A DNA stretch of 55,094 bases from a virus. Taxonomy: Duplodnaviria; Caudoviricetes. Positions within the stretch are counted from its first letter, which is position 1. The number at the start of each line of letters is the position of its first letter. The notes beneath the pieces are model-generated. The model was not told where the DNA came from. It saw only the letters and a list, made by a program, of their open reading frames with translations, and ran no database searches. The position numbers were made by a program, and so were the translations under genes. The stretch is from IMG/VR virus record IMGVR_UViG_3300042997_001345, positions 1-55,094 of that record; one strand, written 5' to 3'. Below are positions 45,546 through 54,984 of the stretch, piece after piece.

Positions 45546-46771
45546 TGCGTAAACTCTACTACATGGGTTTGGAGTCTTACGAGGCTCGTTATACCCTACA
45601 ACTGACAGAATGGAATCAACGTGTATTCGAACGTCGAGGACTTGATGTAGTTTATGTACCGGGTGTTAATCTTGACAATACTAAGAAGATTAGTGTAGGC
45701 CAAGTCCTAGACGCACATGGCCGCAGTTACTTTGGTATGAGTCAGATGATGAATCTGGTCAAACTGATGCAGCAAGGTGAAGTTACCAATGAAGATGTCA
45801 TCTACTTTGAGGACATGTTTCAACCTGGCATTGAAAGTTTGCCTTACATTATGGACCAAGTTCCTGAACAGCACCGCCCTCGCATATACGTTAGATGTCT
45901 TGCACAGAGTATTGATCCTGATGACTTTGTTCATGTGTGCGGTATGCAAAAGTGGATGGGACTATATGAAAAAATGGTCAATGAGTTTGTAACAGGTGTA
46001 CTTGCCACCAACGAAGAAATGGTAGCACACATGAAGATTGCAGGTTGGACAGCTCCAATCTATAATATTTCAGGCTTGGCCTTTGGCAAAGACGAAGTGC
46101 TGGAACGCATCGGTGGTGCAGCTAACATTCGACCATTTGCAGCACGTCGACGCAGAGTAGGCTTTGCTGCTCGTTTTGATCAGGAAAAGCAGCCCGGGTT
46201 CTACATGGACTTGGCCGAACGTTTCCAGGAAAATAATTCAGATGTAGTATTTGCTGTGTTCTCCGGCGGTCCATTGCGTAGTAACAATCCAGAATATGTC
46301 AAGCGAGCTCGTGCCATGGAAGCAGCGGGCAAGTTGGAAATTCACGAGAATCTAAGCAAGAATCAATACTACGAGTTGGTCAACGACAGTCGTGTGCTGT
46401 TTAACTGTGCATTGCAGGACTGGGTTTCCAATACTGTAAGCGAAGCTGATACCCTGGGTTGTAATGTGTTGTATCCTGCGTATAGATCATTTCCGGAAAC
46501 CTTTGCCAATGATCACGAACGCATGTATGTGCCTTGGTCAATGGAGGATGTTACTGCTAAGTTGACTACGTTGTTAAATTCTCCGCATCGTAACATTGGC
46601 TTGATTAGCGACTGGAACAACGGCACAATTGATCGCGTTGTTGACATATTAGTAGGACTTGATCCTCTTAGCAAAGATGCCCGCGATCGAGCCTTTAAAT
46701 GGATACGTTCAGATACAAAGTATCGCGACCATGTTGCCAAGGCCAAGTACCCGCTTATTAAGAAATCGTAA
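45545..46771 (+). CDS. GT-B fold glycosyltransferase (candidate DNA-modifying)
   Basis: FAARFDQEKQP, LSKNQYYELV..SRVLFN...D......EA..LGC.VL.P..SFPE; TGATG coupling gives start 45545. Confidence 0.75.
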   Translation: MRKLYYMGLESYEARYTLQLTEWNQRVFERRGLDVVYVPGVNLDNTKKISVGQVLDAHGRSYFGMSQMMNLVKLMQQGEVTNEDVIYFEDMFQPGIESLPYIMDQVPEQHRPRIYVRCLAQSIDPDDFVHVCGMQKWMGLYEKMVNEFVTGVLATNEEMVAHMKIAGWTAPIYNISGLAFGKDEVLERIGGAANIRPFAARRRRVGFAARFDQEKQPGFYMDLAERFQENNSDVVFAVFSGGPLRSNNPEYVKRARAMEAAGKLEIHENLSKNQYYELVNDSRVLFNCALQDWVSNTVSEADTLGCNVLYPAYRSFPETFANDHERMYVPWSMEDVTAKLTTLLNSPHRNIGLISDWNNGTIDRVVDILVGLDPLSKDARDRAFKWIRSDTKYRDHVAKAKYPLIKKS

Positions 46772-46846
46772 TCCTTGGAGCCATATATTATTTGGTTAAA
46801 TACCCATGCAATTATCTTGCACCACTTCCAAAAAACTGAATAATAA

Positions 46847-47875
46847 ATGTATACATCCGCAACTGTAGTTCATTGGTTAAAACACCCCAGGGACAAAGTT
46901 ATACTTCCTGCATCAGTAGACATTGATCTTACAAATATTTGTAATCAAGATTGTTTTTACTGTAACAGCGCAGAATTTAGGGCCGAATCACCGGGAGGTC
47001 CTGGATATCAAACTTATATCAAATTGCTGGATCAATTAGCGACGTGGCGAGCTCATAGTCCAGATAGTGTGGGCAGTTTGCAGACTGTTACTTTTCCTGG
47101 CGGTGGCGAACCAACACTACTTAAAGGTTATGAATATGTATTAGAAGCAGCAGTTGATCATGATTTCCTTACCAGTATAACTACCAATGGATTTAAATTA
47201 GATCAACTAATTGATAATGTATCGCATGATAAATTAAGACGACTAGGATGGATAGGCATTGATGTTGATGCTGGTAGTGCAAGTCTGTACGAAGAAATTC
47301 GCAGGACTATTACTGGTAAAACAATATTTTATCAAATGCAGGATAATGCCCGGACATTGCGGAAGATAGGAGTCAATGTAGACTTTAAGGTTTTATTATG
47401 CGAACTTAATACCAGTGAATCGGCACTGCGAGATATCTTCAAAATGGCCAGAGATGTTGATATACGTTTGTTATACTTTAGATCAATGATCTTAAATTAT
47501 AAAACATTTCCGGTTAGTGACGAATTGTTGGCATTGATCAATCAATTAAGTCAAGAGTATGGCCAACCTATCAAGGTAAACTTGGGTAAAAGTGATACTA
47601 GAAATTACAGCAGATGCCACCAGATGTTTCAATTTCCTGTATTTTGTGCAGACGGAAACATTTACACTTGTTGCGAGAATAAGGGTAATCCGCAATTCAG
47701 TATTGGAAGTTGGCTGGAAGGTGATTTTAGAGACTTGTGGCTTTCTGACCGGCATTGGAATGTGTACAATAGCATTAATACTCATCTATGCCCTCCGTGT
47801 CGTCCCAATGGCGACAATATAGAAATACAAAATATTATGAACAATCCAATTTTAATAGAGAAGCTTTATCTATGA
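46847..47875 (+). CDS. Radical SAM/SPASM protein
   Basis: CNQDCFYC, GGGEPTL, TNG; C..ADGNIYTCC...C..C. Confidence 0.88.
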   Translation: MYTSATVVHWLKHPRDKVILPASVDIDLTNICNQDCFYCNSAEFRAESPGGPGYQTYIKLLDQLATWRAHSPDSVGSLQTVTFPGGGEPTLLKGYEYVLEAAVDHDFLTSITTNGFKLDQLIDNVSHDKLRRLGWIGIDVDAGSASLYEEIRRTITGKTIFYQMQDNARTLRKIGVNVDFKVLLCELNTSESALRDIFKMARDVDIRLLYFRSMILNYKTFPVSDELLALINQLSQEYGQPIKVNLGKSDTRNYSRCHQMFQFPVFCADGNIYTCCENKGNPQFSIGSWLEGDFRDLWLSDRHWNVYNSINTHLCPPCRPNGDNIEIQNIMNNPILIEKLYL

Positions 47876-48852
47876 TATTTCCTGCAATTGAACTGATTGA
47901 CCGTTATGCAATTGCATTAGTTAAATTTGAAAAGACTAGTGCCAACTCCGACGAACTAAAATTTTATGTTGAACAATTACAACACATGCCACAAAATGTG
48001 GTTGAATTATATACACAACAGCTAGTTAGTATACACAAAGAAATTTGGAGCTTAGAGGCAGAACTTAAAACATTTAACGAGCAACATTTGCCGTTAGAAG
48101 AAATAGGTCGTCGAGCTATCCTAATACGCAATTGGAATGCCAAACGCATCGAAATTAAAAACAAATTTGCCGAGGCGGTTAACTGCATAGTTAAAGAGAC
48201 CAAAGTTTCTCACTTGAGTCAGAATAACCCAACTGTTGCTTTCCTGCCCAAATTCAACATGACTGGAAATAGTATAATGTACAGTAAACTTTTCAATTTT
48301 GAAAAAGCATTAGCTGAGTACACCGGTGCCCCTTATGTAGTTGCAACCGACGGATGTACTCATGCTATGGAATTATGTTTACAGTACGATCAAGTTAAAG
48401 AATGTTCACTTTCAGCATATACCTATCTTAGCATACCGATGCTAGTACATCGACTAAATATTAGCTATACATTAACTGATGAGCAATGGGTTGGCGAATA
48501 TCAATTGCATGGTACCAGGATCTGGGATAGCGCACGTAGATTAGAGCGAGGTATGTACAGATCAGGTCAAATGCAATGTTTGAGCTTTGGTAACACAAAA
48601 CCATTGCAATTAGGCAAAGGAGGTGCTATACTATTAGATGACGCCAATGCTTATAAAGAACTAAGTATGATGCGAGGCGATGGTAGAGATTTTAACATTT
48701 CTCCGTGGCCACAGCAGAAAATATTCAAAGCTGGATATCATTTTTGTCCAACGTTAGAATTATGCGAGCTAGGCACTAATTTATTACCTTCTATTAACAA
48801 AGCCCCCGAAGCTGTTTCATACCCCGACTGTAGGTTACTTACAATTTTATGA
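47872..48852 (+). CDS. Helical N-terminal domain fused to a compact DegT/DnrJ-type PLP aminotransferase-like domain
   Basis: FEKALAEYTGAPYVVATDGCTHAM, IWDSA and SFGNTKPL..GKGGAIL; ATGA overlap gives start 47872. Confidence 0.75.
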   Translation: MIFPAIELIDRYAIALVKFEKTSANSDELKFYVEQLQHMPQNVVELYTQQLVSIHKEIWSLEAELKTFNEQHLPLEEIGRRAILIRNWNAKRIEIKNKFAEAVNCIVKETKVSHLSQNNPTVAFLPKFNMTGNSIMYSKLFNFEKALAEYTGAPYVVATDGCTHAMELCLQYDQVKECSLSAYTYLSIPMLVHRLNISYTLTDEQWVGEYQLHGTRIWDSARRLERGMYRSGQMQCLSFGNTKPLQLGKGGAILLDDANAYKELSMMRGDGRDFNISPWPQQKIFKAGYHFCPTLELCELGTNLLPSINKAPEAVSYPDCRLLTIL

Positions 48853-49778
48853 AAATATTCATTACTGGTTCTTCTGGATTCATTGGTTCGCACCTTAGCC
48901 CATTGCTAATGCCTACAAATGAAATACATAACATGGTTAGTGATTTAACTGATCATGATAAAGTACAACAAGAGATCTTAGAGTTTAATCCTGACATTGT
49001 CATCCATTTGGCTGCTAGGACTGAAGTCGAGAAGAGTTTTTACGAGCAAGTAAGTTTTAGTGATGTTAACTATGTTGGCAGTGTTAACTTAATCGAAGCT
49101 GCTAAAAAATGCACAAATCTTAAAAACTTTATATTTGCTAGTACAATGGAAGTGTACGGATGGCAACCAATCAGCGACGAAGTCGAAGGAATTGGTAGAC
49201 CAGAAACTCCGATTGCATTTGATGAACATACCGCACCAAATCCAAATGCACCATATGCAGTTGCAAAATATGCTGTGGAAAAATATTTAGAGTATATGCA
49301 TCGTAGCCAAGGGTTTCCCTTTACTGTTATTAGACAAACTAATGCATATGGTCGCAAGGATAATAATTTTTTTGTTACTGAACAAATTATTACCCAGATG
49401 CTTGAAAATCCCATTGAGATCAACTTAGGCTATGGCGAACCTTATAGAAACTTTATTTTTATTAGTGACTTGCTTAACGCATGGGTCGAAGTTATCAATA
49501 ACTATGAAAAGTGCCAAGGATTAATTTTTACTCTAGGCCCCGACCAGCCGATCAAGATCAAAGATTATGTAGATATCATTGCCAAAAAAGTTGGCTGGAC
49601 TGGTACAGTTAACTGGAATACTAAGCCTAAACGCCACGGCGAAATTTATTGGTTAAACAGTAACAATAATCTTATTACAAAAACACTAGGATGGCAACCT
49701 GTAGTTAACCTTAGCGATGGGCTAGATTATACGATTAAGATTTGGAAAGACAAGTATGATAACGCAAGGAAACATTGA
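48849..49778 (+). CDS. NAD-dependent nucleotide-sugar epimerase/dehydratase
   Basis: ITGSSGFIG, HLAA, ASTMEVYG, YAVAK (YxxxK), R..NAYG. Confidence 0.92.
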   Translation: MKIFITGSSGFIGSHLSPLLMPTNEIHNMVSDLTDHDKVQQEILEFNPDIVIHLAARTEVEKSFYEQVSFSDVNYVGSVNLIEAAKKCTNLKNFIFASTMEVYGWQPISDEVEGIGRPETPIAFDEHTAPNPNAPYAVAKYAVEKYLEYMHRSQGFPFTVIRQTNAYGRKDNNFFVTEQIITQMLENPIEINLGYGEPYRNFIFISDLLNAWVEVINNYEKCQGLIFTLGPDQPIKIKDYVDIIAKKVGWTGTVNWNTKPKRHGEIYWLNSNNNLITKTLGWQPVVNLSDGLDYTIKIWKDKYDNARKH

Positions 49779-50262
49779 AGTTACTTGGTCAAAAGCCGAC
49801 GTCGAAAATATTCCGTATGTAACTAGATACTACACCGATGCATTGGCAATGCCTGCGTCAACTGCACTTGACCAATATAAAGAGATGACAATAGTTGATC
49901 ACTATTCATCTGATCAACTATATTCAAAATTTATCAAGCCAGAGTATTTTACTTGGCTAACAAATAAAGTAGGTGCTATACATAGAATGCAACCTGGGTA
50001 TGTGTTGCCGTGGCACGAAGATAACTATGTTCGTTATAGACAATCGCATGGCATACAAGACGTAAATCAAATTATACGTGTTATTGTATTTCTCGAAGAT
50101 TGGAAAATTGGTCATATCTTCCAGCTGACAGATCGTTTGCTAAGTGGATGGAAAGCAGGCGACTGGATATGCTGGGCCGGCAATAACCTACATTTGGCTG
50201 CAAACTTAGGCATAGAGAATAGATATACATTTCAAATTACTGGATTTTTAGCCGCTCAATGA
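49756..50262 (+). CDS. 2OG-Fe(II) oxygenase/cupin-like protein
   Basis: PWHED (HxD), distal H in LHLAAN, RYTFQITG. Confidence 0.7.
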   Translation: MITQGNIEVTWSKADVENIPYVTRYYTDALAMPASTALDQYKEMTIVDHYSSDQLYSKFIKPEYFTWLTNKVGAIHRMQPGYVLPWHEDNYVRYRQSHGIQDVNQIIRVIVFLEDWKIGHIFQLTDRLLSGWKAGDWICWAGNNLHLAANLGIENRYTFQITGFLAAQ

Positions 50263-52043
50263 GAAACGTGTATCTGTTTCAGCCTCAGTATGCAGTAGAA
50301 TTCAGACAAGAAATTAATTATTGGTTACCATATAGTGCGGCATGTGTATGGACGTATGCCGCACAACATGCCGACATAACAGATAACTTTAATCTTAAAG
50401 ATATTTTCTTTAAACGTACCCCCATTGACAATGTGTTGGATCAACTCGACAATCCTGCTGTATGCGGTTTTAGTTGTTATATGTGGAACGAACAATACTG
50501 CTTAGAGATGGCTCGATGTATTAAAGACCGTTGGCCCAATTGCATAATAGCATTTGGTGGTGCACAAACTAGTTCAGCAATGTTAAAGCATCAATACATT
50601 GATTGCATTATGTTAGCAGAAGGGGAGAAAAGCTTTCTTAGTTTGTTACGTGCAATACTAACTGGTACCGTACCGGACACAATATATCCGCAGGCAAGAC
50701 TAGAAGATCTTAACATTCCTAGTCCATATTCTACAGGAGTCTTTGACAAAATTATTGCAGAAAATCCCGATGCAATTTGGGCAATGTCCTTAGAAACTAA
50801 TCGCGGATGTCCGTACGCTTGTACTTTTTGTGACTGGGGTGGCACCACATACAGCAAAGTTAAACGATTTAATCTAGATCGCATCGAAGCAGACTTACAC
50901 TGGGCAAAAACACACAACGTTGCTTACATATTTGTAACCGACGCTAACTTTGGAATCTTTAAAGAAAGAGATTTAGAAATAGCCAAGATGATGCGAGCAG
51001 CAGCAGAGGGATCATGCATCGAGTCTATTAATTTACAGTACGCAAAAAATAGCACAGATGTAGTCTTTGAGATTGCTAAAATCATCGGTCCATACGGTCG
51101 AGGAGTTACAGTTAGTGTACAGAGCATGAACGAACTTACTTTAGAGTCTATTAAACGAAAGAATTTAGACATCAATAATATAGCAGAGTTAATGCAGTTA
51201 AGCCATCGGCATAATGTAGGTACGTATACCGAAGTGATCTTAGGGTTACCAGATGAAACTAAAGATACTTGGATCAATGGATTAAATCAATTGCTTGAGC
51301 TAGGCCAACATCAAAGTATCGATATTTGGTTTGCACAGCTACTCGAAAACTCTGAGATGTCCACTATCAACAGTAGGCAAATGCATGGCATAAAAAGTAT
51401 TCGAGTCAAAGACTATATGAACCTGGACCAAACTAAGGATACTGTTAGCGAATATACTGAAATTGTAAATGCTACTAAAAGTATGTCAACAGATGATATG
51501 ATAGAATGTTACATGTATGCGTGGATGATTATTCAATGGCACATATCTGGTTACACACAAATTATAGCTAGGTACAATCGTGTTCTAAATAGAGTTGCAT
51601 ATAGAGATTTCTATGATCAATTATATGTTGTAATTCAACAAGATCCAGTTTTCAAAGATCACTTTAGAGAACTAAGAGCAGTAGTTGCAGAGTATTTAAC
51701 TAACGGACAGTTGCCATCTGAGTTTGTCGGCGGTCATGCGATTCATGCGTTTTCATTTAAGTTTATGTTTGATAATCGACACTCTGCAATGAAACTAGCA
51801 GTTGATACGTTAACGGATCATTGGTCAGGCTCAAATTCGTTGCATCTATTACAAGACTCGTTTATAATAAATTTTGAACAGCAATATCCATATACAATTA
51901 TTACTGATTTTAATATCGAAACTGGGCAGCGTATAGAAACATCGTATCAGATTACACAACGTATGCACAATGAAGATTGTAAGGAAGATTTTTACACGCT
52001 AAGGAGAAACGGGTTAATTAAAAACCTGTTAACAATATTATGA
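50259..52043 (+). CDS. Cobalamin-binding-domain radical SAM protein
   Basis: GFSCYMWN, FGG, EGE, ETNRGCPYACTFCDW, DANFG, ILGLPDET. Confidence 0.88.
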   Translation: MRNVYLFQPQYAVEFRQEINYWLPYSAACVWTYAAQHADITDNFNLKDIFFKRTPIDNVLDQLDNPAVCGFSCYMWNEQYCLEMARCIKDRWPNCIIAFGGAQTSSAMLKHQYIDCIMLAEGEKSFLSLLRAILTGTVPDTIYPQARLEDLNIPSPYSTGVFDKIIAENPDAIWAMSLETNRGCPYACTFCDWGGTTYSKVKRFNLDRIEADLHWAKTHNVAYIFVTDANFGIFKERDLEIAKMMRAAAEGSCIESINLQYAKNSTDVVFEIAKIIGPYGRGVTVSVQSMNELTLESIKRKNLDINNIAELMQLSHRHNVGTYTEVILGLPDETKDTWINGLNQLLELGQHQSIDIWFAQLLENSEMSTINSRQMHGIKSIRVKDYMNLDQTKDTVSEYTEIVNATKSMSTDDMIECYMYAWMIIQWHISGYTQIIARYNRVLNRVAYRDFYDQLYVVIQQDPVFKDHFRELRAVVAEYLTNGQLPSEFVGGHAIHAFSFKFMFDNRHSAMKLAVDTLTDHWSGSNSLHLLQDSFIINFEQQYPYTIITDFNIETGQRIETSYQITQRMHNEDCKEDFYTLRRNGLIKNLLTIL

Positions 52044-53191
52044 GTTATCATACCCCGCTAGATCCAACCGAAGAAATGTTTGATAATAAAACACTTGAGT
52101 ACGATTTAAGTAAGTTTCCTCTACCGGCAATTGTTCTTAAGACTATTCAAAAGTTTTACCCGGCCGTAATATCACTTGATACAATACACGAAATTGTACC
52201 TTCGGGAGATATACAACAGTTGATGAGCAATACAACTCAAGAATTACTCAAGGGAGAGTTCTATGACTACTATGATAAAATGGTACAAGAAAATGTCGTC
52301 CCTAAGTTAGGCAAAGATGTGCTAATACAAAAGTTTGGTAATTTGAGAATTCTTGTCCCAGATCAGGATAAGATTGGTGCAGTATTGTTGTATCATCAGG
52401 GTCGGTGGGTCGGTAATGGATTAGGTTTAAGAACTATTTGGATGCCGTTCACTGACTGCTTTGAGTCTAACACAATGCAAATTATGGATCTGGACATTAG
52501 TCGTGATGTGACTCGCGAATCAGTTAGAGACAAGTGGAGTTATGAAAAGCTTAACGACTATTGTGTAGAAAATTCTTGGCCTATTACATTAAAACCTGGA
52601 CAGGCACATATGTTTTTTCAAGAGCATATCCATGGTAATATCCCAAACAGAACAAACAAGACTCGTGTAAGTATCGACATTCGTTTGCTAATCAAAGACG
52701 GTCAACCGCATCGCAAATGGCCAGGAGCATATTTTAGAAAACTTTTTGATAAGAAATATAACCAAGTTGTTGAGATTCTTCCTCACGAAAATGTGGTTAC
52801 ATACGGAGAGTACGAAGGTATTAAAACCAAACATATCGATTTGCACTTCCAAACACTGGTTGTTAAAAATTATTGTAAAACTAGAAATTACAAATATCCA
52901 TACCAACACGGAGAAAACGAAGGTTTACATTATGCTCATATGGAATACTTAATTTCTAAAGCCGGTGTTGACCATTTGATGTTGTTTAGTATTTTTAGTT
53001 TGCCAGATGATCCAATACACCGAACAGCGATTATGAAGTCAGCATTAGCAAGTAAGTGTCGATTACATTTTTGCAATGAGGAACTGGTTTTAGAAAACGA
53101 ACAGGATCTTGAAAAAATTGAATACCTTCGATCATTTACTAATGATTGGTCAAGTCCAGTTGATAGTCTTAATAACGAATTGGGCATTTAA
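52040..53191 (+). CDS. Oxygenase-like (2OG-Fe(II)/PhyH-type) domain fused to a small carbohydrate-cluster-associated domain
   Basis: TIWMPFTD, HIHGN..N.T..TRVSIDIR; C-terminal FSIFSLP...LHFCNE.L. Confidence 0.6.
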   Translation: MSYHTPLDPTEEMFDNKTLEYDLSKFPLPAIVLKTIQKFYPAVISLDTIHEIVPSGDIQQLMSNTTQELLKGEFYDYYDKMVQENVVPKLGKDVLIQKFGNLRILVPDQDKIGAVLLYHQGRWVGNGLGLRTIWMPFTDCFESNTMQIMDLDISRDVTRESVRDKWSYEKLNDYCVENSWPITLKPGQAHMFFQEHIHGNIPNRTNKTRVSIDIRLLIKDGQPHRKWPGAYFRKLFDKKYNQVVEILPHENVVTYGEYEGIKTKHIDLHFQTLVVKNYCKTRNYKYPYQHGENEGLHYAHMEYLISKAGVDHLMLFSIFSLPDDPIHRTAIMKSALASKCRLHFCNEELVLENEQDLEKIEYLRSFTNDWSSPVDSLNNELGI

Positions 53192-53205
53192 TATTTCTAA
53201 CGACA

Positions 53206-53234
53206 TTGACACTAATCTAAATAACCTTTATACT
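53206..53234 (+). promoter_or_regulatory. Sigma70-like promoter for folE with a nested TAAATA
   Basis: TTGACA-17 nt-TATACT; TAAATA lies in the spacer. Confidence 0.7.
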
Positions 53235-53278
53235 ACAACATGACTGGTCATCCTCGACCCTATAACTCGGAGAATACA

Positions 53279-53998
53279 TTGGCAAATTTACATTACAACA
53301 AAGAAGATGGTACACCACTTAGCGTGTCCATTCGTGAAAGACTCAAGAAAGGCAATAAACGTTTCTGGGCCGGCGACAATATCAGCGAATACGTCAGCGA
53401 TATTGAAAAAGATGCCCTAATCAACGAAGCTACACAAGCATTTGAACAAGTATTAGATACACTATTAATTGATCGCGAAACTGATCCCAATAGTCAAGGC
53501 ACAGCAAGACGCTTGGCCAAGATGTACTTCAACGAAATTATGGCAGGTCGTTACGAACCTGCTCCGGATGCAACAGCGTTTCCTAACGATAGCAAGGATA
53601 GATATGAAGGTATGTTGGTTGTGCGTAGTGAATTACGTAGCATGTGTAGTCATCATCACCAGCCTGTTAGTGGTGTCGCCTATATTGGGATCATCGCAGC
53701 CTCCAAACTTATTGGGCTTTCTAAGTATACTCGCATCGCTCAGTGGTGTGCTCGCCGTGGCACACTCCAGGAAGAACTCTGCAACGACATCGCACGAGAA
53801 ATAATGCGGGCCACAGATAGCGAGAACGTGGGTGTGTACATTCAAGCCACACACGGCTGCTGTGAGAATCGCGGAATTATGGCACACAGTAGTCTAACAC
53901 AAACCACAGTCTTGAAAGGTGCGTTTAAAGACGATCCAGCAACTAAGAAAGAGTTCATGGATAATATTAAATTGCAACAAGACTTTGCCCCAAGATAA
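53279..53998 (+). CDS. folE: GTP cyclohydrolase I
   Basis: TARRLAKMY, SMCSHHHQP, GLSKYTRI, LQEEL, HGCCENRG; TTG 53279 has a GGAGA RBS (in-frame ATG 53240 is the alternative). Confidence 0.95.
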   Translation: MANLHYNKEDGTPLSVSIRERLKKGNKRFWAGDNISEYVSDIEKDALINEATQAFEQVLDTLLIDRETDPNSQGTARRLAKMYFNEIMAGRYEPAPDATAFPNDSKDRYEGMLVVRSELRSMCSHHHQPVSGVAYIGIIAASKLIGLSKYTRIAQWCARRGTLQEELCNDIAREIMRATDSENVGVYIQATHGCCENRGIMAHSSLTQTTVLKGAFKDDPATKKEFMDNIKLQQDFAPR

Positions 53999-54004
53999 TT
54001 TTTC

Positions 54005-54883
54005 ATGTTTATTGAAAATAATGATGCACTAGTAACTATAGTGTGCAGCAGAGATCAAGCCATACAAGAGTTGCAATCTCATAGCATAGACAGATTCGTA
54101 AGAAAACCATGCGATCATTATGTTATTATTGAAGATTCGGCTATGTCATTAAGTCAATGGCATTCCTTACTTAATCCCTACTACACACGCCATCGGTTGA
54201 TTTTGTTAGAAACTTTGTTGCCAAAGAGTTGTTATCAAAATGATACTCCTACTAAATATGGTTGGCACAGGCAGGCATTGCTAAAACTAGTTGTTGCAGA
54301 AAAGGTTTTGCAAGATCGTTATTTGATTTTGGATACCAAGAACTTTTTTATAAAAGACACAGTATTACAAGATTGGCCATGCACTGAAGGCAATAATATT
54401 GTAAAGGATATCAATAAGGTTATGCCTACATGGCCAAATCTAGGTAAATTTTGTCAAGATTACAATATACCTATGCCTGAGAAAACATGGAGTCCGACAA
54501 CCCCATTCATGGTAAAAACCAACACAGTTCGAGATTTAATAAAATATAAAGACCTCTATTCTATGTTTTTATCTAATTTTGGATACTCAAGTGAACTAAT
54601 TTTATACTCAGTTTTTGCACATCATCGCGGATGTTTATTGCAAGAGGGTCCGACTGCAAATATAACTTTTTGGAATAACGAAAGAGATTTAAATAAAACA
54701 ACATTAGAAGAATTTTACAGCTGGCCGGAGTTAAAAACTATAGGACTGCATCGCTATATTTTTAAACACTTTGATGATTTGTCTAATCTGATAGATTGGT
54801 CAGTGGAAAAAGGGTTAGATAGAATTACAGTAGAAAAATGTTTGGTTAGATATCAACAAGATACTATCAACAGGCAACATTAA
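54005..54883 (+). CDS. Hypothetical GT-A-like (DUF6492-like) protein
   Basis: GWHRQALLKL..YLILDTKNFF pattern; AT-rich. Confidence 0.55.
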   Translation: MFIENNDALVTIVCSRDQAIQELQSHSIDRFVRKPCDHYVIIEDSAMSLSQWHSLLNPYYTRHRLILLETLLPKSCYQNDTPTKYGWHRQALLKLVVAEKVLQDRYLILDTKNFFIKDTVLQDWPCTEGNNIVKDINKVMPTWPNLGKFCQDYNIPMPEKTWSPTTPFMVKTNTVRDLIKYKDLYSMFLSNFGYSSELILYSVFAHHRGCLLQEGPTANITFWNNERDLNKTTLEEFYSWPELKTIGLHRYIFKHFDDLSNLIDWSVEKGLDRITVEKCLVRYQQDTINRQH

Positions 54884-54953
54884 CAAGTAAGTATATAATT
54901 AATGTTTTACAGCGGCCATTATGGCATTCATCCCGCTTTATAAATTCTGCAAG

Positions 54954-54978
54954 CCTATGCTATAATTTAACATAGGAG
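54954..54978 (+). promoter_or_regulatory. Extended -10 (TGCTATAAT) inside a hairpin whose 3' arm covers the RBS
   Basis: CCTATG 54954-54959 pairs with CATAGG 54971-54976; TATAAT 54961-54966; AGGAG RBS. Confidence 0.55.
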
Positions 54979-54984
54979 AAATAA

